Source: Phoronis australis (Eukaryota > Animalia > Phoronida). Taken from it: a stretch of 64,000 bases of DNA. The position numbers were made by a program, and so were the translations under genes. The stretch covers positions 666,071 through 730,070 of the forward strand of contig NMRA01000193.1 of the NCBI GenBank assembly GCA_002633005.1, written 5' to 3'. Of this stretch, positions 24,442 to 37,774 are shown piece after piece. Every line of letters begins with the position of its first letter. Position 1 is the stretch's first letter. The notes below the pieces were generated by a model. It searched no databases. It saw nothing but the letters and a program-made list of their open reading frames with translations, and was not told where the DNA came from.

Positions 24442-25262
24442 TTGATACTTCAGTGTCTTCCTCTCGTTGGCTTCTTCGATCCTTGTCTTCCATGGCACTG
24501 TTAGCTCTATTATAGCCAATTCCTTTAAGCTATCTGACCATCAAACTATACCAGGCCTCATTGTTGTCACTGCTATGTGTGTTGAGAAAACTGTTCGACT
24601 TCCCGGCCAGATCGTCATCTCCAGTCGCTTGACTTGTGGAAGGATCCTGGTGGTGATTTCCTCTTCCACTACAGCTTTTTTTCCACCCTGCCCTATCGAT
24701 GTCCAGGATATGTGACACGGTCTTCAGCACTTGGTTATGCCGCCTGGTGTACTTTCCCTCTACTAGTGCTGCTGTGCACGCTGATAGTATGTGCTGTAAA
24801 GTTTCTGGTTCCCTGCATCTATCACATCTGTCGTCTTCAGATTTCCTCCACAGACCCAAGTTCCGCGACGCGGGAAGTTGATCGTACGCTGCTCTAAGCA
24901 CAAAGCTGAGTCTCTGACTTTTTAATAACAACAGATCCTTTGGAGTGATCTTCTTTCGCAAACAGCCATCCCACGTTGTCCATTCGTTCTGCTTCTTTAA
25001 GCCCACCGCTATAGCACCTCTCTTCTCCTCTTCAGCAATACGTATCTCCTAAAGCACCATATCCCTACGTTCCTTTCCTTTTGTTGTCTTCGACCTCTTA
25101 GTTGGTACGAAGCCTAGCCCTTACCTACCCACTACTATATTTTTATGCCGCAGTCTGCTCTCAACCTCCGCCAAAGCAGCTACTCATTCCCACTTTGCAC
25201 CTGCCGTGATCTCAAATCTAGCACTTCTCACCAAGCTATATTTAGAGTCCCTCAACGTCATC
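24442..25262 (-). mobile_element. HERO-type (RLE) non-LTR retrotransposon, post-RT region, CCHC finger and PD-(D/E)xK endonuclease start
   Basis: AEVESRLRHK..GLG, QNEWTTWD, RLSFVLRAAYDQLP..NL.LW, CDRC..ETLQHILSAC..L.EGKY.RRHNQVL, then IIELTVPW..RIEEANERK.LKYQ. Stops and frameshifts are present. Confidence 0.88.
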
Positions 25263-25949
25263 CGAAGATAAAAAACACGGGCAGTCAATATTTGTGAACA
25301 CAATTTTTTGTACTAAGCGATAATCATAAGCGTGATTTTGAAAGAATGGTAATTAGTAATACTGTCTAAATTTTCTCTAAAATGTAATTTTTTTACGTTG
25401 TTTTGAAAGCTAATTACACGGATCAAGAGGCCCCCTATTGGTGGTTGGGCAGCTGAGAACAGGCAAATAGGATGAAGTGCAAAAATCTACGGGAGAGATA
25501 AGATTTATTTTCATTCTAGATTATGAAGAGGTAAGGAATGAATTAACAAATTATCACAAGGTCAGTTTTTGAAAAGGTGCAACATTGCTGCTACAGAGGG
25601 CAAAACTGGCGGAAAATATCTTCAGTGAAAACCTGCAAAATAGCCGTTTTTGCCACAGAAAATCAAAATACACCAATTTAAAAAAGAATTTTGAAAGTTT
25701 TGCCATTAAACTATTCACTTTAAAACTGTATCACTCATTTGTAATCAGCTAGTTAAAAATGCTAGTGAAATCCATTCGGCGCCCAATTTTGTTGAAAAAT
25801 GGAGGTACATGTCATAAAAAGAAAAAAATGGATGGAAATTCTTAAAAAACCAAACTTTTCTACATCTTACCAATACATAAAACATGTGATAAGTCTCGGA
25901 AAATCTACGATTTTGGGTATATACTGTGCCTGTTGGTTTTTATACGGAG
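25261..25949. mobile_element. Probable non-autonomous TIR element
   Basis: Weak inverted termini tccgaagataaaaaacacgggcagtc / actgtgcctgttggtttttatacggag; it truncates the HERO fragment. Confidence 0.35.
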
Positions 25950-26099
25950 TCACTCTTAACTAACTATTGAGGTAATATTACAGTGATGAGTTGTTGAACT
26001 GCAGTCTACTTGGGGAAGCAGAACGTTGGTTTGATCCGATCGACAATGGGCTGCCAGACCCAACAATTTTGCCTTGGTGTGTTGCTGAGAAATTCTACT

Positions 26100-26540
26100 T
26101 TATGAATGAAGCCGCTAAGTTTTGAATAGTAATATTCCCACCTCTTGTACTCATTTTTTTTTCTTTGACTACTTGTCTGCAGCGAGCGAGGAGCTGTTTC
26201 GTTAAGTTTCCGTTACAAATAGGTAGACGTCAGAAGGGAAGCTTCGTAGTTTCCTTTTGGTCATCAAAACGTGTGTGTTGTATGACGTTATTCTCTAGAT
26301 AGATACTTAGTCAGATGCGACATTGAGTTCCCTGCCCGTGGTGATTCTTGGATTCAAATCGGTGACTGTGGGAAATATCTCATTTTGTCAAAACAGCGGC
26401 ACCTAATTTGCGTCTGATCTCCGTCTCACGTTCAGATACGCCATAGCTGGAGACATTATAACGCCTTGAATGTTGTTCTACTTGATCTACTCTTGTATTG
26501 AGATCACAGGTCTGTTGATTCAGTTCCAATATAAATGAAC
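26100..26540 (-). pseudogene. Decayed CR1/L2-type LINE ORF1 remnant
   Basis: Translation DLNTRVDQVEQHSRRYNVSSYGVSE...DISHSHRF...TKRKLR resembles the LEQYSRRNN.RI.G.PE / DI.RSHR motifs of LINE ORF1 proteins; stops are present. Confidence 0.6.
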
Positions 26541-28893
26541 CTGTGTCATAGAACGTGGTGTGTTGCTGAAAACTGTCCCAACGACCCGCTCCTTAATAGA
26601 TACAATGACTGTCAGAAAGTAAAGCCTTCGGTGATGGCCATTTCCTCTTTGTAGACGAGCCTGGGTCAGACTTGAACCGAAAACGTAGTCATCTTTGTGT
26701 TGGTTTCTTCAATTTATCGCTAGGATAAACACTCATTGCTACCTTTCCATTTTTGAGTTATCGCCCTGCATCTCGTTATTTGTTTTTGAAGTTTAGCCCC
26801 GTTCTCCCGGTGGATATTTTCACACCCGATTCAAAAGTTCATGTTTAGTGAAAAACACGACGTATTCTGTGCGAAATGTCTGCGTCTTGGTACCCTTGAA
26901 ATGTGCTTCTATAAACCTGCAACAAATTACTACTGAAAAATAACACAGCCCGCTTGGATGGACTGTTAGATTTAGTAATGACAGTGCTGCTTATCAAGAA
27001 ACCAAGGCAGTTTTCCGGAATGTGACTAGTTTGTTTCTAATTTTTCCATTTGTACAAATAACGTGTCCATCAATTCAGAATTGTTTCTATATTCAGGCAA
27101 CAGCTCAGGGCTCTTGTGTTCCCTCACAACTCACATCTTCATCCACAATCACTCAAACTTTTGTGCCGTCAAAAGCTCCAGCAGTGCATACGCCAAATCG
27201 AAGACTTAAACATACCGGAATAATCCAATGTGAACAATTTTAATAAGTCTTTCGGCGGAACTCATTTTTAAGCGCTCTTAAGCGCTACTGTTAGAATTTA
27301 GATTGAAAACAAAAATAAGAATACCGACATCTCGACCACCACCAAGACATCGGTGATTACGCCGGCACTGACAACAACACCGATGATGCCGTCAGAAACT
27401 CGATTCTTTGCGAAAACTGGGGCTACAACATTGAACACGATGCAAGATGTCGATCATGAGGATGAACAAATTAATGACGGATATTACGGAAAAGACGCAA
27501 CGCTGTTCGTACTTCATGTAAATACACATTGTCACATTAATGTTACAACGTAATTAATGAGATTATGCCAAAGTGAACGCACTTTATTTTCCAAAATAAC
27601 CGCTGATGAAGAAATCAATGAAAAGCATCCTGGACCAGTAATAGTCAATTCAAAAATCACGAAAAATAAAAGTTTAAGCAAGCTTCAAACCCACGACGTC
27701 ATAGTTTACACTGGGATACCCGACCAACGTTAATTTGCAGTATCAAATTAAGCCTGCATGGATTCATTGTAACTTTTAGAAAGAAAATTGTGCAAAGAAA
27801 TGTACAACTTGGCAAATACATGGACACTGTTTAGATAATAATGGCTTTTTAAGTAACATTAGCTGTAGAAAGCGACGGCATTTCTCTGAAGAACGAAAGT
27901 CTACGGTGGTCAACATATATCTGGTCATGGGAACCTATCAGCAGGGGCGTCTGTCGGGGGTATGACACCCCTCAATAAATTTGGTTTAGTTGTGCAAAAT
28001 CAGAAAAGCAGGACAGCAACAGAAAACTTGGCCAAACATTTCCATCCAAATATGAGAATTATACAAAAGCTTGTATATTGTACATTTTTTTATTCTTGAT
28101 ATGTTTTTCCTAAACGCATTTTATTACATGGTTTGTGTCACTGCTTTTCCCTTTTATTCGCAAAAATGCCAAACCGAAAGAAAAAAATTAATTTTCATTT
28201 TTGACACGGTCACGCCTCACTAGAGAACATGGACGGCATACAAAAAACGACTCCATGGCTTACCGACGTCACCGTGGCGGCGTTTCTGTCCCGTACATTA
28301 ACACTTACGGGCCTTTCGTTTCAAAACAAAACTGTGATCAATCTCTTCTCACTTACTGAATGTCCACGAAGAAGGTGTCACCGACAAGTAGTTGATTAAC
28401 ATGGAAGTGATGCATTGTTTTTTAATCGAGATCATTTAGAATATGTAAATTTGAGGAATATCATTACATTCTTAATTAGCATGTTAGATTACATCTCGTA
28501 TGGTTGTTGATATACTGGGTTAGGGTTGCATACATTCATCTAATCAATGTTGGATTCGCTATCACTTAATCACTGCCGTCAAACATTGCCCCCGTTCAAC
28601 TTTGAATGACGAGATACTGCACGACCTGATTGTTCATGCAACTTAAAGCGATTTGACTGATACCGTAAGTACTGAGGCCATAATTGGCGTCTGGAGAAAT
28701 GAAGGAACAAGAAGCTGTCTGTAGATGTTACAATGACTTTTCACAAGTCTACAGGTATGAAAACTTGAAACAAAGATGGTAACGTTTAATCAACACTTTT
28801 GTTTGACTGTCCGACTGTACGTTTTCTTGCAATGTAGCGGTGGACAGGATTGTTCATCCATGATCAACCCTGCCCATGTGGCACATACTGAGC

Positions 28894-29267
28894 CACAACA
28901 CCACGTTCCTTAAAATATCTTTTTATTACTCCGGCTGGTCTGCTCACTCAGCTTGCCCGGAACCTGCTTTGCAGGTTGTTATAACCCACTTGGCTGTTTG
29001 GTGTACCCACTTGGTACTTGATGTGATATTTACCCATTTGGCAGTTTGTACCCACTTGTTATTGAATTTGCTGTTTTGCTCGACCCAGTTGGTAGGCAAT
29101 CGGCTAATACCCATTTGGTCCTGTGCTAACCTGTGCCACTTAGTATCCGATACTCAATTGCACTTTGGGCATCGGAAATGTGTGTGTTATCTCTTGTAAT
29201 TAAGGAACCCAACTGGTTCCTTCTGTGAAATATTTATTTGTAGAGCTGTGACCCTGAAATTCCCAAT
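28894..29267 (+). repeat. Uninterrupted copy of the repeat that hosts the RTE insertion at 4923-5800
   Basis: Reverse complement of 4760-4922 and 5815-6054, with a single copy of the target site (taatacccatttggtc, ~29106-29120). Confidence 0.85.
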
Positions 29268-30854
29268 TCAACTTAAAATACATATTATTCTTGTTGCTTT
29301 ATTTGTACCCAATAAATGTTTTTGACTGATTTAATCAGTAAACTAACACGATGGTTTGGCTGAATAACCTCAAACTGAAGGTATGCGTGTAGAATAGTAA
29401 ATTATTATAAAAATTCCCATTGTTTTTATTCGTTGACTTGTTTTATGAAGTTGTTTGCTCCATCTTGGCTTTCAGAGAATTTGTAAGGCAGGTTACCAAA
29501 ATTTAGGCCAATTTAGGCTTTGTACTACCCCCTCCAAAGCTAAAGCACTAGTTTCGACCCTGCCTCGGAATTTGAAGGCAAATGACTTGTAATTCCGTCG
29601 TCTTTCATGTGATTCTCATCAAAATCAATGGCTTTCTAAAAATTACCATTATCGATATTTTAAGCAGATTTTAAGCCGATCTACCTCAGCGTAAAATTTT
29701 GCGAACACACTCTCCTGGACGATCAAAAGTACAGCACTTGGCGAAATTGCATGACAAGCTTTGAAGTGAGGTCGACGACGACGAAACCACGATTCCGACA
29801 CCCGTGCTACCAACGTAAAAAATTGCATTGAGGAACAGGCCTAAATCAATCACAAGCGCCTATCAGATCAGAACATTTCGAATAATTTGAAAACGGTGAG
29901 ATGTAACGAGAAAGCGGCAATACTCTACAGATAGGTGATATCACATTTCAGAAGATTTTCTCAAAAGATCACCTCCGTAAGCGATTATTCCATCTTGTTT
30001 CCGATTTTACCCGCTAAAGACCTTGATATTATTTACGATACAAGCGATGTGTGTAAATTCCATGTTGATCCGCTGGAAAATACGACCTGTAGCGCTAGTA
30101 CTATAGACCAGCTAAAGTCGAGGAATTTGTCAATAAAAATACATGCATTTGACCAAAGCTCTCAAATACATGTAACTAGAGAATGGTAAGTCCAAGCGAC
30201 AACTGCATGGCACAAATCAGAAAGCAATTGAGAGCATCTATCTGCATGACGAATTTCAGAAAGATCCGTCGATGGGAGCCTGAGATAGGGCACGAAAACT
30301 CAATTAATTTTAGAGCAGCCACCATAAAATCTTGAATAACTCGAGAACGGTAAGTTGAAGAGAAAAAAACTAATTACACGATATCCCACAAAATGATCTA
30401 TCCCTCCAAAAACAGATGACCTCCAGAGACAGCTGAGCTATGATACCAAAAACCAGAAAATTGAAAAAATGGCCGCTTCAGCGCCATTTTGACTCCGATT
30501 TCAAGCACGAGCCATCCACACAAATTGTATGTAAATTTCATGTTTGTCGAATAAGAATGCTAACTGTGGTGTGCGTATCAACAAAAATAACAAAGTAACA
30601 TACACTTATATCCCAGGAATGAACGTCTATTCAGCTTAATAACAATGCGACATGTGGCAGAATTATACATACATCAACTTAAAGTCAAATATAGCGATAT
30701 ACATCTCTGTCATTTATAAATCTATACCTTAACTTACATGTAAATCCCTTGATTTGTTTCTATAAATCAACAAGCTGCCATGGAAAGAAAAAAAACTGCC
30801 AGCTACACTTTCTCAGAGTAGCTGTATGCAATCGCAACGTCCACTCTGTTTCGT

Positions 30855-33234
30855 CTAAATGGAATGCTTTGTTGTCCTTTTTTTCTTATGGTGAAGTTCC
30901 AACTTATTTTGGTGTTGCTTTCGTCTTTGTTTTATTGACGTAGACAACGTAGTGTCTACTGTATGACTGGCAGTCAAGCTGTATACACGTATGTTTGTTT
31001 GATCTCTAAGATTTGCGACATCCGTGCGGTCTGATGGTGCCAATCGACAACTGACTCCAACATTGGCTGACGAGAAAGTATACAAGAGAGGATTAAGGGC
31101 AGAGTTGATGGGCATGATGAACACAGCAACCCAGGCTGAGATTTGTCGACTTATGGTGACTCCAGATAAAGCAATGATGCCGATAACGGAGATGGGGACC
31201 CAGCAGCAAAAATCGGTCAACACGATAAGTATTAACCGCCGGGCAAGAGCGAGGTCCCGTGCTGTTGATTTCCTCTTCGACTTAAGTCTTTGTTGTCGGA
31301 AGTAAACGTAAATCCATGAATATCCCAGAGCTATGAAGGTGAAGCATGTTAAATTGAAAGCTATGAATACTGAAGTCGAATACATCCAACCTGTGGATGA
31401 AACGTTGCGAAGGGTGAAAGGGAGACAAACAGACGTTGAGCCATAATATTTCTTACCATAGATGATTAAAGGAATGGCAGCAATGACGCTGCAGATTGTC
31501 CACCCAACACCTTCCACAAGGGCAGTTGTCTTCATGGACAAAGGGTTCACTTGGAATTTGAAAACCAAGATAAGCACACGGTCAACTGTAATCACAACGA
31601 GTGTGAACACGGACATTTCGCAGGCGATGGTTGAAATAAACCCTTCAAACTGACAAACAAATCCCTCCCTCCAGGCTTGTTCATATTGATAGAATCTGCC
31701 TTGACTCTCAAAATACTGGTCCGCGGAAGCGATGATCAGAAGGTACACTCCCATTAGGAAGTCCGATGCGCTCAAGTTTAGAATAAGGAAAGAATTAACA
31801 TTTTGCCGCTCAGTCTTTAGACGCCACACAAACACGGTAACATTGCCAATGATTGCCAACACACCAATTACCCAAACGGCATATCTCAAAAACTTGTCAG
31901 CAAACAAATCATCACAGGATGAAAACTCTCCCGGTTCTGGTAGGCATTTCACGTTGTTTTTTAGATCACAACAATATCTATAAGCATCTGTAGTGAGGAA
32001 GTCCATTTGTACATTAACGAAGGCATCTATGTCAATTTTTAAGTTTCTGTCGTTGAGTTCAATGTTTAAGATGTTTAAACGCCCCACGAAAGCATTCGCA
32101 AATATTGAAATTAGTTTGTTTCTCGAAAGATCGAGATGTTTAATATTGACACCCCGAAATGTGTATTCCCGTAAGTGAGTGATCTGATTTCCAGTCAAAT
32201 TCAGAAGTAAAAGATTATTTAACCCTTGAAATGACCCTTGCGGAATTCTTGTTATGTTGTTGTGTGAAATGTCAAGGACACCTAAGTGTTGGTACCCTTC
32301 GAATGTATTACTATAAAGCTCCAACGAATTACTGGAAAACAACAAAGCCCGTAAGCTTTTGCTGTATGTCGGTATTGAAGATAGATTTGCTTTGTTACAA
32401 CTCATCGACAAACCGTTGCACGTACACGGGCCTGGACAGTATTCTGAAATATCGCAGTATTTTTCATCGTCGCCATTTGGACAGTCAACTTGGCCATTGC
32501 AGACAGACTTTTGCTCGATACAGTAGCGTTGTCCAGGACAACGAAGCAGGCCAGGACACTTGTATTGTTCGCAGTTCACCTCATCTTCCCCATTCACACA
32601 ATCCTCAGAGCCGTCACATACGCGTCGAACATGTATGCAGAATGAGCCGGGACACTTGAACATGCCAGGACACTGGAATCGTGAACAGTTTTTGAGATGG
32701 CTAAAATCCCGACACCCGTCCACGACAGGATTTACGTACTTATCAACGTTATACACGCACGCAGTTTCCCGTCTGAAACATCTTGGATAATGCGGTATAC
32801 AACGAACTTCGTCATCCCTTGTACAGAACGGCTTGTAATTTACAGTAATAATAGGTTTTGTCGCAGTACCTGTATTGACCTCTCCTTTAACTGAGTCCAC
32901 ATACTTCAGCAACTCATCTTCAGCTGTGCACGTGGGACAGTCGGGTTGTAAATCGTTTTGACGAGATTTTGGAATGCAGGTTGCGGAATAACAACGAAAG
33001 CCGTTGGAGCAAAAACCCACCCCATTGCACTGCGCTGGTCCTTCGTCGTCACCAGCTCTGCAGTCCTTAACCAAGTCGCAAGTTCTGTTCATTGCAATAC
33101 ACGTACCATCTGCACAGCGGAATTCACCAGTCGAGCAGCTCGGATATGTGCAGTCAGCCTCATCAGAACCGTCTTTGCAGTGATTGACGTGATCGCAGTA
33201 AAGTGAATACGGAAGACATTCGCCGCTTTGACAC
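30855..33234 (-). CDS. GRL101: GRL101-like LGR (LDLa-LRR-7TM GPCR), terminal coding exon
   Basis: Open 2380-nt exon. It encodes six LDLa-type modules (e.g. CDHVNHCKDGSDEADC, CDGSEDCVNGEDEVNC), LRRNT CPGPCTC, about 5 LRRs (LDISHNNIT, LNLTGNQIT, LDLSRNKL), a hinge YRYCC..FSSCDDL, and a 7TM with NLSASDFLMGVYL, TVDRV, TDFCCWVP and NSALNPLLY. Acceptor ttttcgtttcag|G at 33235, phase 2. Confidence 0.93.
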
Positions 33235-35339
33235 CTGAAACGAAAAGGCATTGCGAAATTTAACAATTAAACACAATTACATTTATCACATTTCGAAACC
33301 TTTGTACAATCAGGTGAAAGTCCGTAAAAAACTCGCCTCTGTGAAACATATTTGGTGTCTTTGCAGGAAACATTGCAAAATGTTGAGAATGTATGAATTC
33401 ACACCGTGTGTCGAACATTGCGCCATGAAACACGTTCTTAGTTGTTCATGGATCCAACTTGCTGATTACAAGAAGGTAACGCAAAAACAGGCATGCTGAG
33501 CTGCATTGGATGTCTGTCTCTGTGCTGCAGGGTTGCACCAAATTGCCGCAAGTTTTCACAAGTAAAAGATTCGTAACATTCTTTTAAATTAATGGGGCTT
33601 TCGACAAATTCTCCTCCCGGTGTCGCTGCTGTACTAGTGGTGATTGAATTGCGCATGCGTCGCTGTCTGCATGTAAACAGCTGGTAAAAAGACGGAGTTG
33701 TTATCAAAATACGTCGGCGCGATAAGCCTTATTATCGCCATTTTCCTGGGGGCAAATCTTTGACAGGTGGTCACAAACTCCTAAATGGCCTTAAGTTACT
33801 TCAGAAGAATTGTGGTCAAAAGGGTCAACCAAGTGACAAAATGTGTTTGGATGCCGAAGCTCCACGCCCCGTGTGTGCTCTATGCAATTCCATTGAGACT
33901 ATATAATCACATTACTTGGCATGTTTTTAGCAACTAGTTTCTATCTACATAGGTTCAGCTACCCCACTTAATAATGGGTTTATTCAGTGGAAGTAAGAAC
34001 TTCTTTTCGGAAACCACCCGGGACTCGGGTGGTAGGCTAGCAGCATACATGTACATTGTCCTGGGTGGGAGTGCTCAGAAGTCAAGGGTGACTTTTTCAC
34101 AGCAGTTACTCTTCAAAACTGTGCTATGTCTAATGAGATTCTCTAGATGATTGAGTTTCCTTATTTTATAGCGGACCCCATCCCCAGGACTAGCTACCGA
34201 ATTAACATGCATGAGATATTCGGTAAATTCGTAACATTGTGTTGGAATAAATTTTGACACCTAGAACGAATTTTATTTGTTGAGATTAGAAATACATTTT
34301 AGGTGTCATGAAAAAATACTCATTCTTAAATCACTTTTCGCCTGCTTCACATGTTTTAATTCACATCTTAAAAACGACTTGGATAAAATGATTAATAGCT
34401 TCTACAGATAAACATGAAGGTGAAATGTCAAGTATGTTGTGTCTTACAGAAGTAGTTTTGTCTTGTGTTTTCTTTTATAATTTGCTAATATTTTTCTGAC
34501 TATTCTGTTACAGGTCAGAGAAAACAACTGAAACCAGCCTCCTTATCGTCTACTTTACCTTTCGACAAAGTGAAAAGCAGTCCTTCAGCAATAACCTGAG
34601 AGTATTGAACCACTCAATTAAGAAAGTCAGCCCTCGATATCCCTGATTATGGACTCTGTTGCATTGGGAAACTTACAATTGTTTTAACAATGTTGTTCCT
34701 TTGTATGTAGGTGGTTGTTCAGTTTGCCATTTTGTTCTTAAATACGCTGATTAATGTTTAATGTCGAATCTTGTGCATACCAGAATCGGATTCTTATCCA
34801 GCTAGCTACTATTGAAAACATATTTTGCTTGCATGTGGAACTCTTGTTATAGACAAAACAACACAAAACTTAAAACTGTTCAATAGCCTTTTTAATAAAG
34901 CTCTAAAATAGTAACAAACATATACAAATCAAATGCAAACAAAGGGAATACTTCGTTTCGATCACCGAACATTTCAATAGGTCAACAAGAAAATGACAAT
35001 TCGCAGGCGTAATCGGTAATCATTCAGCTTTATAAAGTAGCAGCATAATTGCACTGTATGGGGCTTTAAAAATGAAGAAATATTATGGTTTGAATAATTG
35101 GTGAAAAACCTGCCTGTTGATGAGAAAATTATTCAATCATCACAGTGTAACATTAACGGGCTTTTTACTGTCAATAAGATAATCGATGAAGTCACTGAAT
35201 GTCACTTCTGCATAATGTGTACCAAATTGAAAAGTTTTTACCATTAGTATAAAGCCTTTCTTCTGAAAGGAAAACTTAATGTCACTCATTGAGAAAGGAC
35301 AGGTATTTATACCAGATGCTTTTGGTTTTCATTTCAATG

Positions 35340-37640
35340 AGATCGAGTTTCAATGGCCTATAGAAGTGCTTGTATAAAAGTCTAGTGTCGGCAAGTGGCT
35401 TTCCTTCATGTAACCTCATTAAGCATCAATTACATCCACAATTAGATGCTGGAAGGTAAACACAGCAGCGTATCACTTGACTGGTTTTGTGCCCAAAATC
35501 AGATCCTGAACTAGACCAGAGTGTTAGTAGGTCTTCTTTAGCTTCAGCCCCCCATGTTTCTTCCAGGAAAAGAAATAAGCCATTGTTGTCCACACATGAC
35601 TCATTGCCTATGAAAGGGCATCCTCAACAAGGAGGCTGGCTGGTGTAGCAGTCACATATAGTTCCTCTTCAAACACAAATAATCCACTGGCGCATTTCCT
35701 TATGGTAACTTAGTGCTGCAATTCACATTTGTCCAGGGACACTTGCTTGTACATTTTGCCACGCAACACTGCTGGTGTGTGGGAAGAGAAAGGAGTAACA
35801 ATGCTTGTCTATGTTGCGACTTGAAGTGGCATTAATAATGTCACTGAACCTGGAACAAATATTGAAACATGAATAATTAAGTACTTCAGGTTGGGTAAAA
35901 AATAGTTTCCCTGCTTTTCAAAATTGTGATATGGCAACTGCTCTGCAATTTTACACAAAATTTAATAATTACGATTTCCAGAAAGCAATTTATATATTAA
36001 GTATCGTATAAAACCGCGTCTTTACTTTTCATTCATTTTAAACACATCACTTGTCTGCAAAATATGCAAGTTATTTGAGACAACTTCAAACCTTTGTTGC
36101 TCATTTTCAAGCCTTTTGATCTTTGATACTTTCAGCAATTTGAAACAACAGTACAGATTCGTGGGTCTGTCTTAGTCAAACACACTTCTGGTCTAAGGCT
36201 GAGGGAATCGTTTCTCAGATTTTATTTATTTTTCTTCTTATAAAAGATGTGAAGACTTGGGTTATTTAAAAATGATGGATAATCGTTCTGTTGTTTGAGA
36301 GTAATTAAAAAATCCTAAGGCACCATTGCTTGCGTATTGACAGTAAGAATAATGCATGTATGTTCAAATACGGCCACACTCGTATGTTCAAAAATCCAAT
36401 TTTCACGAAAAATGGCAGTCAACATTTCAAGACATGACTGTTCAGTCATTGAGAATTCAGAAAATGTAATATACTTTTATGGGTTTACAATGGATAGCAA
36501 AACAGTTTCATGAAACTTGAAAGAATTTTTTATGAAGGTTAAGAATTACCTCACCATGCTCTCTCCCTCGGACACTATTGGCTGTTATTTTCAGACTTCA
36601 GTTACACCAAATTTAGCAACCCCAAACCCCTATGCCAATCACTCACTAATGTTCCGCATAAGTAAATTAACAAAACAACTTAATACCTTTCTTTAAAAGT
36701 AACTGTCCCTTTTCAAAAGCTTTGTTCTTTGTCTCCGATATAGAAAGTAGGTTTTGACAACAGATCTCTCCATTCAGGGACAGGTGCAGAAGCGATGAAC
36801 ATCTCCTCTGCACGGTACCTAAAAACCAAAGGTCAGAGGAAAACAGACATGATATATTCCGTGTCAACGTGTAATAGATTTCCGGGGGAACATAGGATAG
36901 GGAATAAACAAATAGTCTAAGGGATGTTTGTCACGTACCGTTTGAGCTTGGATTGTAATCATACCTCCCTAACCAATATCGAATTGACAGCATAAACATT
37001 CAGCATTGATTGATGTAACTGTCACTGATAAACCTGTTAGAAATCATTCCAAACATTAATAATACTGCTTTGATGTACGAAAAGATCCCAAGCACTACAT
37101 CAAGTATCGTAACACCCTTCACAACAAATAATGATAAACCCGACTGGCATCAGTATTGTAAACATGGAATAATCGTTAAAATAATTACAGACCTTACCTT
37201 TCTATAGAGTCATGCTTGCTTCCTCTCGAAGAAGCACCTTTTTCACGAAATCAAAGATTCAGTTGGCACAGCTGCAAGCCATGTCACCATGTATTAAAGG
37301 GATCGAGACATCGAGGCCGCTTAATCTATCACCAAAACTACACGCGCGCCCTCTAAAGACTCGAATAGTCCCATAAAGCGAGCTTCCCCTTCACGACGAC
37401 ATTCCACGAGAAAATCAAAGAAATCCAAAAAGAAACATTCTAGGGTCATCTTCCAAATTCAGCTTAATTTATGTATATGTGATTGCGGTGTGGCTCTGAT
37501 AAAAAATCACCAATTCTGCACTCATTGAACTCTTAACTTCTAAGCTATAGGCCTTCAAAGGTTTACCATGGAAGTGATGCATAAGGACTTTGAAGTAAAA
37601 TTGATACAAATAACATCGCTGCATCCACCACGTGACGGGA
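35340..37640 (-). pseudogene. Decayed YqaJ-like exonuclease ORF of a DNA transposon (ISL2EU/Kolobok-type accessory gene)
   Basis: 35340-35800 translates to TPAVLRG..SGLFV..VTATP..LV..LKLKK..VQ..AVFT..LPTLDFY, resembling YqaJ motifs. LKAYSLE at 37470-37640 resembles the N-terminus of such proteins. Heavily degraded. Confidence 0.4.
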
Positions 37641-37774
37641 GATAAATCTGGAGGCACTTTTTGTTATGTTGAAAATGGGTGTCACTCAAGTGCTTCTACA
37701 AGCCAGTTTGCGGATCTGTGGACATTGAAAGAATCTTGTTTATGGGTTGATCTTGGATCTGTGAACAAATTTAA

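Noticed and set aside
27022-27553. Ser/Thr-rich short ORFs as possible exons
   Set aside because: Low complexity, no domain and no convincing splice partners.
31024-33206. Several plus-strand ORFs
   Set aside because: Antisense shadows of the GRL101-like exon.
33235-33266. ORF-track start MLNFAMPFRF for the 803-aa protein
   Set aside because: This stretch is the intron's polypyrimidine tract and acceptor, and there is no signal peptide. The tail of ORF 46122-47105 beyond 46321 is likewise intronic.
33730-34260. LINE-like words (CALCNSIET..H, SPGDGVRY)
   Set aside because: Too short and on opposite strands; no element could be delimited.
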